A stretch of DNA of 64,000 bases from Chloroflexota bacterium (GCA_028875055.1 JAPPGG010000023.1:1746-65745), one strand, 5' to 3'; numbered from the stretch's first letter, positions 1 through 11,091 are shown. Notes: generated by a model from the letters alone, not told the origin. Numbers and translations: made by a program.

Positions 1-572
1 AAAAGGCCCGAAGCGCGGAGCATCAACGCCGCGGCCCCGAACAGCGTAATCGCCCCGACAGCCGGCCCGGCCAGCGGCGACAGGTCCGCCGGAACATCGT
101 CCAGCCGCGCTGCGCCAATGGGCATGGCGGCGACGGCCACCACCATGAGCGTCACGCCGGACACCACGGGCGTGATGATGCGCCGTAGCTGGGCCAGCCA
201 GAATGCCATGGCGAACTGCACCAGGGAAGCGGCGATTATCAGGCTCGCCATCACCGGCAGTCCTGCTTCAGTCACGGCCAGGACGCATACACCCATGAAG
301 GGTGCCGCCGGGCCCATCAGGAGTATATGCCCCGACCCAAGTCGGCCAATCCTGGATGCCTGCAGGGCGGTAGCTGCCCCCGCAATAACCAGGGAGGCGA
401 ATACCGCCCAGGCCAAATAACTTTCGCTGCCCTGGGCCGCCACCGCGAAAATCGTCACCAGGGACACCACGTTGGACAGTGCGATCACAACACCCTGCAA
501 CGCCACGTTCAGCGTTGCAACGGGAGGACTGCGGTCGTCAGGCTCGTAGCGCAATTGTTCGTTGGTCCGCAT
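1..572 (-). CDS. NCS2/xanthine-uracil permease-like membrane protein (5' part; runs off window), paralog of 9328..11091
   Basis: Hand translation of the minus strand from ATG at 572: MRTNEQLRYEPDDRSPPVATLNVALQGVVIALSNVVSLVTIFAVAAQGSESYLAWAVFASLVIAGAATALQASRIGRLGSGHILLMG...LRRIITPVVSG. It aligns with the N-terminus of the 9328 ORF. Not in the ORF track because there is no stop inside the window. Confidence 0.9.
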   Translation of the reverse strand, partial: MRTNEQLRYEPDDRSPPVATLNVALQGVVIALSNVVSLVTIFAVAAQGSESYLAWAVFASLVIAGAATALQASRIGRLGSGHILLMGPAAPFMGVCVLAVTEAGLPVMASLIIAASLVQFAMAFWLAQLRRIITPVVSGVTLMVVAVAAMPIGAARLDDVPADLSPLAGPAVGAITLFGAAALMLRASGL

Positions 573-955
573 ATGTCCTGCCTGGGGAGGTGGGGACTTC
601 AGGCCCCACCTCGTTGGCTCTACCCAAGGGATGGCTGCAACGGGCCCTTTCCCTTTTCCCTGAAGCGTCGCGGGAGCGCTGCCCGGGGTTGACGCGGCGT
701 CATTGGGAGGATGGTAGCGGGGCTGCCAATGGGTTGCCAATGGGTTGAAGGCGCCGCGGTAATTCTTGACTGACTTTTGAAATATAGTACCAGAAGGTAA
801 CGCCCTATGCGGAATTGGCCCGCCGATAACGCGGGGCAGCGCCTCCGCAATCGTCCTGGGCCCTGCCTGGACCGGCCACGGAATTGACAAGGCAGGTGGG
901 GTCTGTTGAAATTGGGCCATCACCGGACAGAATGCTGAGCATGGAGGAGAGCGTT

Positions 956-1939
956 ATGGCAGGCAGGACATTCATCTACGTCGGGGCCGAGGCCGATGGG
1001 CTCTATCGCAAGGAGGCGGGCGATTCCCGCTGGGAGAAGCTGGCCAAGGGTATGCCGCCCTCCCCGCAGGTACGCGCCATCGTCGTGCACCCCGAAGACT
1101 CCGGCACCATCTTCGTCGGTACCCAGCGGGGTATCTACCGCTCCAGGGATGGCGGCGACAGCTTCGAGCGCATGAACCTGACCGAGGGTCGCATCGTCTG
1201 GTCCATCAAGTTCCATCCCCACGACCCCAGCATCATGTTCCTGGGCACCGAGGGCTCCGAGGTGTTCAAGAGCACGGATGGAGGCGAGAACTGGGAGTAT
1301 CTGTCCACCGTATCCAATCCCGATGCCGTTCAGATGGCATTTGCCACCCGCATTCTGGGTATCGGCATCGAGGCGAGCGACACGGACCAGATGTACGCCG
1401 CCCTGGAAGTCGGCGGCGCCGCTCACAGTTCCGACGGCGGCAAGACCTGGACCATCGTCAACAGTGTTTTTGAGGGCGACGTGGACCTGCTGGACCTGCA
1501 CGGCGTAACCGTTGGTGTTGACGAGTCCGTGTTCATTTCCAACCGCACCGGGGTCTGGCGCACCCGCGACCGCGGCCGGACCTGGGACGACCTCCAGTTC
1601 GAGAACTTTTCCAACATCCGCTACTCTCGCGGTGTCGAGGTTGCTCCCAACGACCCCAGCACCCTCTACGCCTGCGTCGGCCTGAACTTCGGCAGCGAAG
1701 AGGGCGGCATCCTCCGCTCCACCGACGGCGGCAACAGTTGGAGCAGGTTCGACCAGGGCATTGAGCCGGCCAGCACCACCTTCGGCATCGCCGTAAACGA
1801 CCGCGCTCCCGAGCAGGTGTACTTCTGCACTCGCAAGGGCCAGGTGTTCGGCACCCACGACGGCGGCGCCACCTGGCAGGGCCACGACCTTCCCGAGATT
1901 GCTGCCAACGTCAAGGCCATTGCCTGCACTTCGGCCTAG
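956..1939 (+). CDS. Asp-box/BNR-repeat beta-propeller protein (Ycf48/VPS10-like), no signal peptide
   Basis: Six S/T-x-D-G-G-x-[ST]-W/F Asp-boxes; GGAGGAG RBS before ATG 956. Confidence 0.85.
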   Translation: MAGRTFIYVGAEADGLYRKEAGDSRWEKLAKGMPPSPQVRAIVVHPEDSGTIFVGTQRGIYRSRDGGDSFERMNLTEGRIVWSIKFHPHDPSIMFLGTEGSEVFKSTDGGENWEYLSTVSNPDAVQMAFATRILGIGIEASDTDQMYAALEVGGAAHSSDGGKTWTIVNSVFEGDVDLLDLHGVTVGVDESVFISNRTGVWRTRDRGRTWDDLQFENFSNIRYSRGVEVAPNDPSTLYACVGLNFGSEEGGILRSTDGGNSWSRFDQGIEPASTTFGIAVNDRAPEQVYFCTRKGQVFGTHDGGATWQGHDLPEIAANVKAIACTSA

Positions 1940-2031
1940 CCGGCCCCGGTTCCATTGGCGGGGTAGGTCGGCGCGGAGCGATCTCCCTGCCCCTGCAGCC
2001 TCCCTGCAACCGTTCAGGGGCCAGGGGTAGG

Positions 2032-2100
2032 GGTCCAGAATTGGAGGGATTTCCGTTCCAGCCAGCCCCGTCATTTCGCCGAAAGCCGGCATCCTGGTAG
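2032..2100. repeat. Partial copy of MITE family B (GGTTCAGAATTG end + GTCAT..CCG-GAAA-GCCGG..ATCC REP hairpin)
   Basis: ggtccagaattggagggatttccgttccagccagccccgtcatttcgccgaaagccggcatcc matches the copies at 23793 and 25610. Confidence 0.75.
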
Positions 2101-2469
2101 GCAGGAAGACCCGCCACATATGGAATCAGAGGCTTCCGGATGGCGAGTTTCACAGCTATGGCGGTTTCAGGCAGGAAGACCCCCTGAAGGGGAACAGTTG
2201 CGCCTCCGTGCGCGTCAGCCATGCCCCCACCAGGTTCCTGACAAGATTTTTGAAGGGCCGCCCAATCTGGACGGCTCTTCATTTTCCCCACAGGCGCTTC
2301 CCGGTTCGCCTCCAATACGGTATGCGCACCGGATGGCGGTGCTGCGCTGTTCGACTTGAACAAACCGGTTGCGAAAAGCATCCATAGGTCATCCTGTAGT
2401 TATGATTTTCCTTCGCCCGTCTGCCTGCCGCGCCTCAAAGAGCGGTTGATATTGCGCTGAGATGCAGGA

Positions 2470-2499
2470 TTGACATTACCCATTTCAGGTGTGTAGAGT
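2470..2499 (+). promoter_or_regulatory. Putative sigma70 promoter for the ABC operon
   Basis: TTGACA-N18-TAGAGT about 180 nt upstream of the SBP start. Confidence 0.4.
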
Positions 2500-2680
2500 T
2501 GCTCAACTATTATTGCAGGGCTTGAATTTGCGCTCCTCCGCGATCGCCGTTTCCGGATTGCATCATGATTCGGCAGGTTGCCGGGCCGGATGACCAGTGA
2601 GGCAGTTGCGCCGATGCGAGCCTGACAGTACAGGGCCGGTACCAGGTCCAATACCCATAACAAAGGAGACGCACAGAGAC

Positions 2681-4531
2681 ATGGTAAGTACCCAGTACGC
2701 CCGGGTATTCAGGCTTGCCCTCTTTTCCGCAGCGCTGCTTATGATTGTGGCCTTGGCCTGCGGAACATCGGCGCCTGAGGCTCCCCAGGCCCCTGAAAGC
2801 GGATCCACCTCCCAGCAGGCAGCCACCCAGCAGTCTTCTCAGCCATCCACGGGCCAGGAAGCCGCTCCCCAGCAGCAGGCCAGTTCCGGGCAGAGCCAAA
2901 GCGCCGCGCAGGACTCCGCCCCGCCGCCTACCAGGGTCCTCGCCGCCGCCACCGCGACTCCGCTGCCGCCGGCCATCCAGGCCGAGCCCAGCGCCGATGC
3001 CACCGAGGGCCTCGTTGACTTTGATATCAAGGACCCGGTGATAGACCCCGACCGTTCCAGGCAGGCTGAGGGCAAAATGGTCCTTGCCTACCACACGGCC
3101 CTCAGCCCCAAGTGGCTGGACCCCCAGGTGGCACCGGCCTCGCGGACTCCCTACTCCGCCTTCCTGCAGGCCGTGTTCGACCCCCTCATCGGGGCCATGC
3201 CCAACGGCCGGTTCGTGTATCTGCTGGCGGAAGACCTGGAAATGACCGACGACTTCAGGAAGGCTACCTTCCGTCTGCGCGAGGGCATAACCTTCCATAA
3301 CGGCGAACCCGTCACCACTGAAGACGTGAAGTTCTCCTACGAGAACTACTCCGGCGCCAATGCCGACATCTACCAGGAAAAGACCGAGCGCATCGAAATA
3401 GTGGACGAGCGCACCATTACCTTCTACTTCAATGAGGCGTTCATTGATTTCCTGGAGTTGTACGGCTCTGAGGCCTCGGGAGCCGGTTTCATCGTCCCCA
3501 AGGCCTACTACCAGGAGGTGGGACCCGAGAAGTTCATCGAGGCCCCCATCGGTACCGGCGCTTACAAGATTGTGGGGCAGACCACCGGCCAGTCCGTGAT
3601 CATGGAAGCCTACGAGGACTACTGGCGGAAGGTCCCCAACATCGAGACTATCGAGACAAAGGGCGTCCCCGAACTGGCCTCCAGGGTCGCCGCCCTGAAG
3701 ACCGGCGAAGTGGACGTGGCCTACTTCGTCACCGGGGCCCTGCTTCAGGATGCCATCGAAGACCCCAACATCCAGGTGGACCCCAACAACTCCGCTCCCT
3801 TCTGGCTGTTCTTCCCAGGCTACGAGGAGCCGGACAACCCCTTCCACGACAAGCGGGTGCGCGAGGCCGTAAGCCTGGCAATGGACCGCGAGTTCCTGTC
3901 GGCCACCGAGACCCAGAGCCTCGCCATTCCCACGGGGAACTTTATTCCCCCCGGCAAGGGTGACTACTTGGACCGACCGGTTCCCGAATACAATGTGGAA
4001 AAGGCCAAGCAGCTGATGGCCGAAGCAGGATATGCCGAAGGCTTTGAGCTGGACGCCTTCACCCCCTTCCCGCCCGTATTCTCCCTGGCAGAGAGGATAA
4101 TGGACTCCCTCAGGGAGATCGGCATCAAGAGCGAGCTAAACGTGACCCAGCGTCCCGTCTTCCTCAGCATGCTCCGGGAGCACCGGGCCGGATTCCCCGG
4201 CACACAGATCGCCTTCTCCATCTCCACCGGCCCGCCCAATGCCGCCGGTTACTTCCGGGCCTTTGGCCTTTGCGAGCAGGGCTCTTCGGTGATCTGCGAC
4301 GACCACATCGACGCCAGGATGGCCGAGTACGAATCCAGCCTGGACCTGGAAGAACGCTCTGCCATCGTCGAAGAGTTGCAGGCCTACATCCTGGACGAGC
4401 ATATCTTCGTGCCGGTGTACATCAACGCCTTCGCCATGGGCGCCGGCCCCAAGATCAAGGGTGATATTGCAGACTATTCAATGGTTTCCACGTCGCTGTT
4501 CCCGTATGAGGACATCGAGATAAACCCGTAA
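2681..4531 (+). CDS. ABC transporter substrate-binding lipoprotein, family 5 (peptide/nickel)
   Basis: Lipobox (VALAC), Q/S/P-rich linker, SBP_bac_5 motifs (F.LREG.TFHNGEP.T.EDV.FS; PIGTGAY); AAGGAG RBS. Confidence 0.93.
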   Translation: MVSTQYARVFRLALFSAALLMIVALACGTSAPEAPQAPESGSTSQQAATQQSSQPSTGQEAAPQQQASSGQSQSAAQDSAPPPTRVLAAATATPLPPAIQAEPSADATEGLVDFDIKDPVIDPDRSRQAEGKMVLAYHTALSPKWLDPQVAPASRTPYSAFLQAVFDPLIGAMPNGRFVYLLAEDLEMTDDFRKATFRLREGITFHNGEPVTTEDVKFSYENYSGANADIYQEKTERIEIVDERTITFYFNEAFIDFLELYGSEASGAGFIVPKAYYQEVGPEKFIEAPIGTGAYKIVGQTTGQSVIMEAYEDYWRKVPNIETIETKGVPELASRVAALKTGEVDVAYFVTGALLQDAIEDPNIQVDPNNSAPFWLFFPGYEEPDNPFHDKRVREAVSLAMDREFLSATETQSLAIPTGNFIPPGKGDYLDRPVPEYNVEKAKQLMAEAGYAEGFELDAFTPFPPVFSLAERIMDSLREIGIKSELNVTQRPVFLSMLREHRAGFPGTQIAFSISTGPPNAAGYFRAFGLCEQGSSVICDDHIDARMAEYESSLDLEERSAIVEELQAYILDEHIFVPVYINAFAMGAGPKIKGDIADYSMVSTSLFPYEDIEINP

Positions 4532-4545
4532 GGTTCGCCGGGGCT

Positions 4546-4668
4546 GTCGTCAATTTGAAGATAGGTGTCTCCGGGTTCTCTGTTTGGTCGTGTCCCCGAA
4601 GGCGGGAACCCCAACGGCCTGGGTCACAATCCCCGCTGGCGCGGGAACTATGCGGATCATTTGACGGC
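4546..4668. mobile_element. MITE family C (about 123 bp; TIR GTCGTCAA[A/T]TTG) containing REP-like hairpins
   Basis: Imperfect TIRs gtcgtcaatttg / catttgacggc; same length and layout as 38914..39035. Confidence 0.65.
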
Positions 4669-4788
4669 TCCCCTGGAGTGAATGGGGAACCGTGACAGCC
4701 GCTTCCCACGGGCGTCGCCCTCGGGGAAGCGGTATGGTTCTCCGGATCCCAACGGAGCTTTCCCTTCAGGCAGTAGCTCGGAGGTATA

Positions 4789-5724
4789 GTGAAGACCTTT
4801 ATCGCCAAGAGGCTCCTCTCCAGCCTGGTAACCCTGCTGGTGTTGAGCATGATCATATTCGCCCTGGTGCGCGCCTCGGGCAACCCCGCCGAGCTTCTGT
4901 ACGAATACCCCGGGGCTCGGGAAGAGGACATAGCCCGCCAGACGGCGGCCTGGGGCCTGGACAAGTCGTGGCCCGAGCAGTACGTCTCCTTCGTATGGAA
5001 TATTGCCCGCTTCGACTACGGCCAGTCCTTCCAGTACGGCACCTCGGTTCGTTCCCTCTATTTTGACCGGCTGCCCAACTCCCTGCTGCTGGCCTTCTGG
5101 GCCTTCCTGATTTCCATGGTCATAGGTATCCCGTTGGGCATTATGTCCGCCGTCAAGGTGGACTCCTGGTGGGACAGCGTGGGTAAAACCTTCGCTCTGC
5201 TGGGACTGTCGGTGCCTTCCTTCTTTGTTGCCTTATTGCTGGTGCTGTTATTTGGCGTTAAGCTGGAATGGTTGCCCTTCCTGGGCAAGGCTGAAGGCTT
5301 CTTCGACTGGCAGCACCTGATTCTTCCGTCCCTCGCCCTGGGCTGGTTCTTCTCCGGGGCCATGCTCCGGCTCACCCGTTCCAGCATGCTGGAAGTCCTG
5401 GGCAGCGAGTACATCAAGCTTTGCCGGCTAAAGGGCCTTCCCGAGACAGTGGTTATCGTCAAGCACGCCCTTAAGAATTCTTTCATTCCCGTGCTCACCC
5501 TGGCCGCCGTTAACCTGGTCGTAATGATCAACGTGGCGGTGGTCGTGGAGGTCGTATTCTCCTGGCCCGGCATCGGACGTTTGCTCTATGACGGCCTGAT
5601 CAATCGGGACTTCCCCCTGGTGCAGGGCGTGGTGGTTATGGCCGGCGTTATGATTGTGGGCACCAACTTCGTGGTGGATGTTCTTTACGGTTATCTCGAC
5701 CCCCGAATTCGACTGACCAGGTAG
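4789..5724 (+). CDS. ABC transporter permease (DppB/OppB-like)
   Basis: TM helices, EAA-like loop RSSMLEVLGSEYIKLCRLKGL, FSWPGIG motif. Confidence 0.95.
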   Translation: MKTFIAKRLLSSLVTLLVLSMIIFALVRASGNPAELLYEYPGAREEDIARQTAAWGLDKSWPEQYVSFVWNIARFDYGQSFQYGTSVRSLYFDRLPNSLLLAFWAFLISMVIGIPLGIMSAVKVDSWWDSVGKTFALLGLSVPSFFVALLLVLLFGVKLEWLPFLGKAEGFFDWQHLILPSLALGWFFSGAMLRLTRSSMLEVLGSEYIKLCRLKGLPETVVIVKHALKNSFIPVLTLAAVNLVVMINVAVVVEVVFSWPGIGRLLYDGLINRDFPLVQGVVVMAGVMIVGTNFVVDVLYGYLDPRIRLTR

Positions 5725-5732
5725 GTTGCGAT

Positions 5733-6644
5733 ATGGCAAGTGACCAGATATTAGTTACCTCTCCCCCCTCGGGGGCAGAGCACGTTTCGGCGGTGGCCCA
5801 CCGGTCGCTGGCAATATTGAGGGAGGCGCCCAAGCTGCCCGTGGGCATAATCCTGTTTGTGGCGCTGGTGGCAATTTTTGCCCCGCTCCTGGCTCCCCAC
5901 GACGCGGAGACATCCGTGAAGCCTATCAAGATTTTCGCTCCCGCCATTTACGCCGGCGGGACCTGGGATACAGCCCTGGGCACCGATTTCCAGGGCCGCG
6001 ACATACTCAGCCGCCTGATTTATGGGGCCAGGACCTCCCTGATCATCGGGCTTCTGGGAACGGTATTCGCCGGGATTCTCGGGGTAACGCTGGGCATCGT
6101 CTCGGGCTACATGGGTGGCCTATGGGACCAGGTTATCATGCGGATAACCGACGCCAAGCTGGCCTTGCCCTCGCTGGTCTTTGGCATTTTCCTGGCCGCT
6201 GTCCTCAGCCCCGGCCTGTGGACCATCATCCTGATCCTGATGATCGTCTTCTGGACGAGGTACGCCCGGGTAATACGCGGCGAAGTCCTCAGCCTCCGTG
6301 AGCGGGACTTCGTCAAGCTGGCCGAGGTTACCGGCGCCGGCAAAATCCGCGTAATGTTCCGTCACATCCTGCCCAACATTATGAACACCGCCATGGTCCT
6401 GTTCAGCCTCACCGTGGGCGTTGCCATCATCCTGGAAGCTTCTCTCAGCTTCCTGGGCGTGGGTGTCCCGCCCCCTACTCCCACCTGGGGCAACATGCTG
6501 GCGGACGCGCGCCCCACCCTGATTTCCGAACGCTGGACCCTGACCGTCGCCCCCGGTATCTGCATAATGCTGCTGGTGCTGGCCGCCAACCTTCTGGGCG
6601 ACTGGATGCGGGTGCGCCTGGACCCTCAACTGAGGAACCGATGA
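5733..6644 (+). CDS. ABC transporter permease (DppC/OppC-like)
   Basis: LGTDFQGRDILSRLIYGARTSL, HILPN, EASLSFLG.G motifs. Confidence 0.95.
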   Translation: MASDQILVTSPPSGAEHVSAVAHRSLAILREAPKLPVGIILFVALVAIFAPLLAPHDAETSVKPIKIFAPAIYAGGTWDTALGTDFQGRDILSRLIYGARTSLIIGLLGTVFAGILGVTLGIVSGYMGGLWDQVIMRITDAKLALPSLVFGIFLAAVLSPGLWTIILILMIVFWTRYARVIRGEVLSLRERDFVKLAEVTGAGKIRVMFRHILPNIMNTAMVLFSLTVGVAIILEASLSFLGVGVPPPTPTWGNMLADARPTLISERWTLTVAPGICIMLLVLAANLLGDWMRVRLDPQLRNR

Positions 6645-6786
6645 TGGCCGTTTCAGTACCCCTTCCCTCTCGCTGGGGGAAGGTCGGGATCGGCGCAACC
6701 TCCGTGTGGAGGTCGCCGCCCCGGTGTTGAACCGGTCGGTTATGGATGTCTGGAACAGCTTTTAAAAACTCGAGGAAGCGATTGCT

Positions 6787-7774
6787 TTGGTAACTGCAAC
6801 CAAGACTTTGCTGAAGGTCAAGGACCTGTACGCCCAGTTCACCGGCTTTGGGGGCGCCCGGGTGGTTCGGGCCATTGACGGTATCAATTTCTCCCTCGAC
6901 CAGGGGGAGACCATGGGCCTGGTCGGTGAGTCGGGCTGCGGCAAGACCACCACCTGCCACGCCATCTTCCGGCTGCTTCCCCCCGCCGGCAGGATCGTCT
7001 CCGGCTCCATAGAGTTCGATGGCCAGGACCTGATGCAGGTCAGCGACGGCGAAATGCGCAACATCCGGGGCCGTGACATGGGAATGATCCTTCAGGACCC
7101 CATGGCCTCCCTGGACCCCCTCTTCACCATCATGGACCAGGTGGCCGAACCGGCACACCACCACCGGGGCATCCGGGGCGGCACTCTCCGCGAGCGGGTG
7201 GTGGACCTGCTGCGGTCGGTGCGTATCCCCTCTCCGGAAGTGAGAATGAGGGAATTCCCCCACCAGATGAGCGGGGGCATGCGCCAGCGTATCGTCGGCG
7301 CCATCTCCCTTTCCGGCGGCCCCAAGCTGATTGTCGCCGATGAACCCACCACCAACCTGGACGTTACGATTCAATTGCAGTATTTGAACCTGCTGCGGGA
7401 CCTCCAGCAGGAAACGGGCGTTTCCCTGATATTCGTAACCCACAACCTGGGCATCGTTGCCAAGATGTGCGACAAGGTTGCCGTAATGTACGCCGGCAAA
7501 ATTGTCGAGCAGGGGAGCGTGCGGGATATCTACAACAACCCCCGTCACCCCTACACCCAGGCCCTCATCCAGTCCATCCCCCGCCTGGGCAACAAGGACC
7601 CTCTCTACGTGATTCCGGGGCAGCCTCCCAACCTGGCAGAGCTGCCTACCGGCTGCGCCTTCCACCCTCGCTGTCCCTTCGCCACCGAGAAGTGCATCAA
7701 CGAGGAACCACCCTACGTTTCATTTGGCGACGGACAGGAGTCCAAGTGCTGGCTGTCCGTAGAGGATGCAAAGA

Positions 7775-7782
<8 letters not shown>
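6787..7782 (+). CDS. ABC transporter ATP-binding protein (DppD/OppD-like)
   Basis: Walker A GESGCGKT, signature [13 protein letters not shown]-terminal CAFHPRC zinc motif. Confidence 0.95.
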
Positions 7783-8743
<961 letters not shown>

Positions 8744-9054
8744 AGGGAAAACGGTCCATTTTCCCCTGGGCCCGCCGAAAGTCCCGAAATTTTTCCCGGG
8801 GCGCGCGGCTTCAAGCTGCGACCCTGCGGTGGCTTGCCGGCTCCGTATCGCCATGTTTCCTGTCTCGACCCATCCCATGGCGTCGCTCCCCCGTACTCGA
8901 TTCCCTCGGCGCGATGCCCTGGAGAGTTGCTCTGCAGACTCGGGCGTGACGGTCTGGGCCCTGGAAAATCGCCCTCCGGGCCAAAGCCGGCAAATCGTTT
9001 TGACCACGTCAAGGCCCCTGCAGGGTGAACGGCTGCCATCGAGGCCTGTGCCGG

Positions 9055-9251
9055 CAGGGCAATCGCGTTATAGAAACGGGCAAAAGGCGGCACAAAATCG
9101 GTAGGCAAGAGTCATTTCGCCCTGAGCGTGCCGAAGGGCCTGGAGTCCTTGTACTCAGCCCGGTTGCGGGTAGGGAAGCTGGTTCCAGGGATAGATTTCA
9201 GATGCTTCGGCTTTGCTCAGCATGACATTCAATTGAAGCGCGGTTGCCCTT
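9055..9251. mobile_element. MITE family A (about 196 bp; TIR CAGGGCAAT..ATTGCCCTG) enclosing a REPIN-like inverted pair
   Basis: Internal ~140 bp nearly identical to 42784..42924; contains GCCCTGAGC.TGCCGAAGGG ... GATGCTTCGGC..TGCTCAGCATGAC. Confidence 0.8.
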
Positions 9252-9327
9252 GAAGCCGCTGCCGGCTGATGGTTCGCGGACCGGGATACTATTGTAGAAT
9301 GGTAGCCGGTCGCGTTCGCGGAGGAAA

Positions 9328-11091
9328 TTGAGCTCTCTATCAGTGAATCAGTCCATCAGGTACGAGGCGGACGAGCCTTGTCCGATCTGGATATCCCTGG
9401 GCATTGGCCTGCAGGGTGTGGTTTTTGCCCTGGCTCCCCTGGTGGTCGTCGTGGCGGTTACCGCTCGGGCGGGCGGCCAAAGCGAAAGTTACCTCTCGTG
9501 GGCCGTATTCGCTGCCCTTGTAATTGCGGGGTCGCTCACCGCCCTGCAGTCCAGCCGGATATGGCGGTTCGGCTCCGGGCACGTGCTCATCATGGGCGCC
9601 ACTCCCAACTTTGTGGCCATATCCGTGCTGGCATTGGTCCAGGGAGGGCCGGCCCTGCTGGCCAGCCTCATTGTCGTCGCCTCCTTTTTCTACCTCTCCC
9701 TTTCCCAGTGGCTGCCCTTGCTGCGCAGGTTTATCACCCCCGTAGTTTCCGGCACGGTCCTGATGTTGATTGCCGCCGCGGTGCTGCCCATTTCCCTGGA
9801 CCGGGTGCATGAAGTCCCCGCCGGCGCACCCGCGGCGGCAGGACCGGTAATTGCCGGCCTGTCCCTGGTCGCGTTTGTAGGGCTGGCTTTGCGCGCATCC
9901 GGTGCGTGGCGCCTCTGGTCGCCCATAATCGCTGTGGGCGTGGGTAGCATCGTCGGTGCCCTGTTCGGCGTGTACGATTTTCAGCGCATCCTTGATGCCC
10001 CCTGGTTCGGCATAACCTTTGGCGGCTTCTCCGGGTTCGACCTTAACCCCGGCGTTGGTTTCTGGTCCCTGCTTCCCCTGTTTGTCATAGTAACCCTGGT
10101 GGGCGGCATCAAGAACATTGGCGACAACGTGGCCGTGCAGCAGGCATCCCGCCGTCAGGCCCGGGCCACCGACTTCCGCCGGGTACAGGGATCCCTCAAC
10201 ACCAACTGGCTGGGAATCCTGGCCTCGGGGGTGGCCGGCACTCCCCCTACTACCGTTTACTCCTCCACCAGCGTATCCCTGATAAACCTGACCGGGGTGG
10301 CCGCGCGCCGCGTGGGTTTTGTCATCGGGGCCTCCCTTGTCGTCCTCGCCCTGTTCCCCAAGCTGCCGGCCCTGCTCCTCACCATCCCTTCCCCGGCTAT
10401 GGGGGCCTATCTGCTGGTCGCCACCGGACTGCTCTTCATGGAAGGGGTGCGCACGGTAATTCAGGCAGGCCTCGACCTTCAGAAGGTAATAGTGGTGGGA
10501 ATCTCCTTCTGCCTGGGCGCGGGGCTGGAACAGCAGACCATTTTCACGGATCTCTTTGGCGGTCCCTGGGGTGGCGTCCTGGACAATGGCATGCTGATGG
10601 GCGCCCTGACGGCCATCCTGCTCACCCAGTTCCTTGACCTCACCAGCCCCCACAGGGGAGGCCGCCTCCGGGTCAGCCTCGACCTGTCCTCCTTGCCCGC
10701 AATTCAACAGTTCGTCGTCCAGCAGGCCTCCAGGCTCGGCTGGAACGAGGCTTCCACCCAGCGCCTGCAGTCCGCCGCCGAGGAGACCCTGATGTCCCTG
10801 GTTCAGGGGAGTGAAGCGCATACTTCCGGGGAAGCGGCTCGCCTTATACTGGTGGCCCGTCCCGGCTTCGGATTGATAGAGCTGGAATTTGTGGCCGCTT
10901 CCGACGAAGAGAATCTCGAAGACCGGCTGGCCTGTTTGAGCGAGGAGACCGAAGCCATGGATGAAGGCGATTTATCGCTGCGCCTGCTGCGCCACTACGC
11001 CACCTCAGTGAATCACCAGAAATACTACGGCCTGGACATCATCACCGTGAGGGTCAGGGGTTCCCGCCCGCCTGGCGGAGTAGCCCCATGA
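9328..11091 (+). CDS. NCS2 (UraA-fold) permease fused to a C-terminal RsbW/SpoIIAB-like (HATPase_c_2-like) domain
   Basis: About 13-14 TM segments with NCS2-like pattern (ITPVVSGTVLMLI; LTGVAARRVG; FPKL.ALL.TIP..MG). Soluble C-terminal ~140 aa (L.LSSLPAIQQFV...GWNE...RLQSAAEE...GDLSLRLLRHYATSVNHQ...DIITVRV) follows the anti-sigma kinase pattern. Confidence 0.8.
   Translation: MSSLSVNQSIRYEADEPCPIWISLGIGLQGVVFALAPLVVVVAVTARAGGQSESYLSWAVFAALVIAGSLTALQSSRIWRFGSGHVLIMGATPNFVAISVLALVQGGPALLASLIVVASFFYLSLSQWLPLLRRFITPVVSGTVLMLIAAAVLPISLDRVHEVPAGAPAAAGPVIAGLSLVAFVGLALRASGAWRLWSPIIAVGVGSIVGALFGVYDFQRILDAPWFGITFGGFSGFDLNPGVGFWSLLPLFVIVTLVGGIKNIGDNVAVQQASRRQARATDFRRVQGSLNTNWLGILASGVAGTPPTTVYSSTSVSLINLTGVAARRVGFVIGASLVVLALFPKLPALLLTIPSPAMGAYLLVATGLLFMEGVRTVIQAGLDLQKVIVVGISFCLGAGLEQQTIFTDLFGGPWGGVLDNGMLMGALTAILLTQFLDLTSPHRGGRLRVSLDLSSLPAIQQFVVQQASRLGWNEASTQRLQSAAEETLMSLVQGSEAHTSGEAARLILVARPGFGLIELEFVAASDEENLEDRLACLSEETEAMDEGDLSLRLLRHYATSVNHQKYYGLDIITVRVRGSRPPGGVAP

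Noticed and set aside
726-748. Tandem 11-mer GCCAATGGGTT x2
   Set aside because: Only two units and no other copy seen; too weak to call an operator or array.
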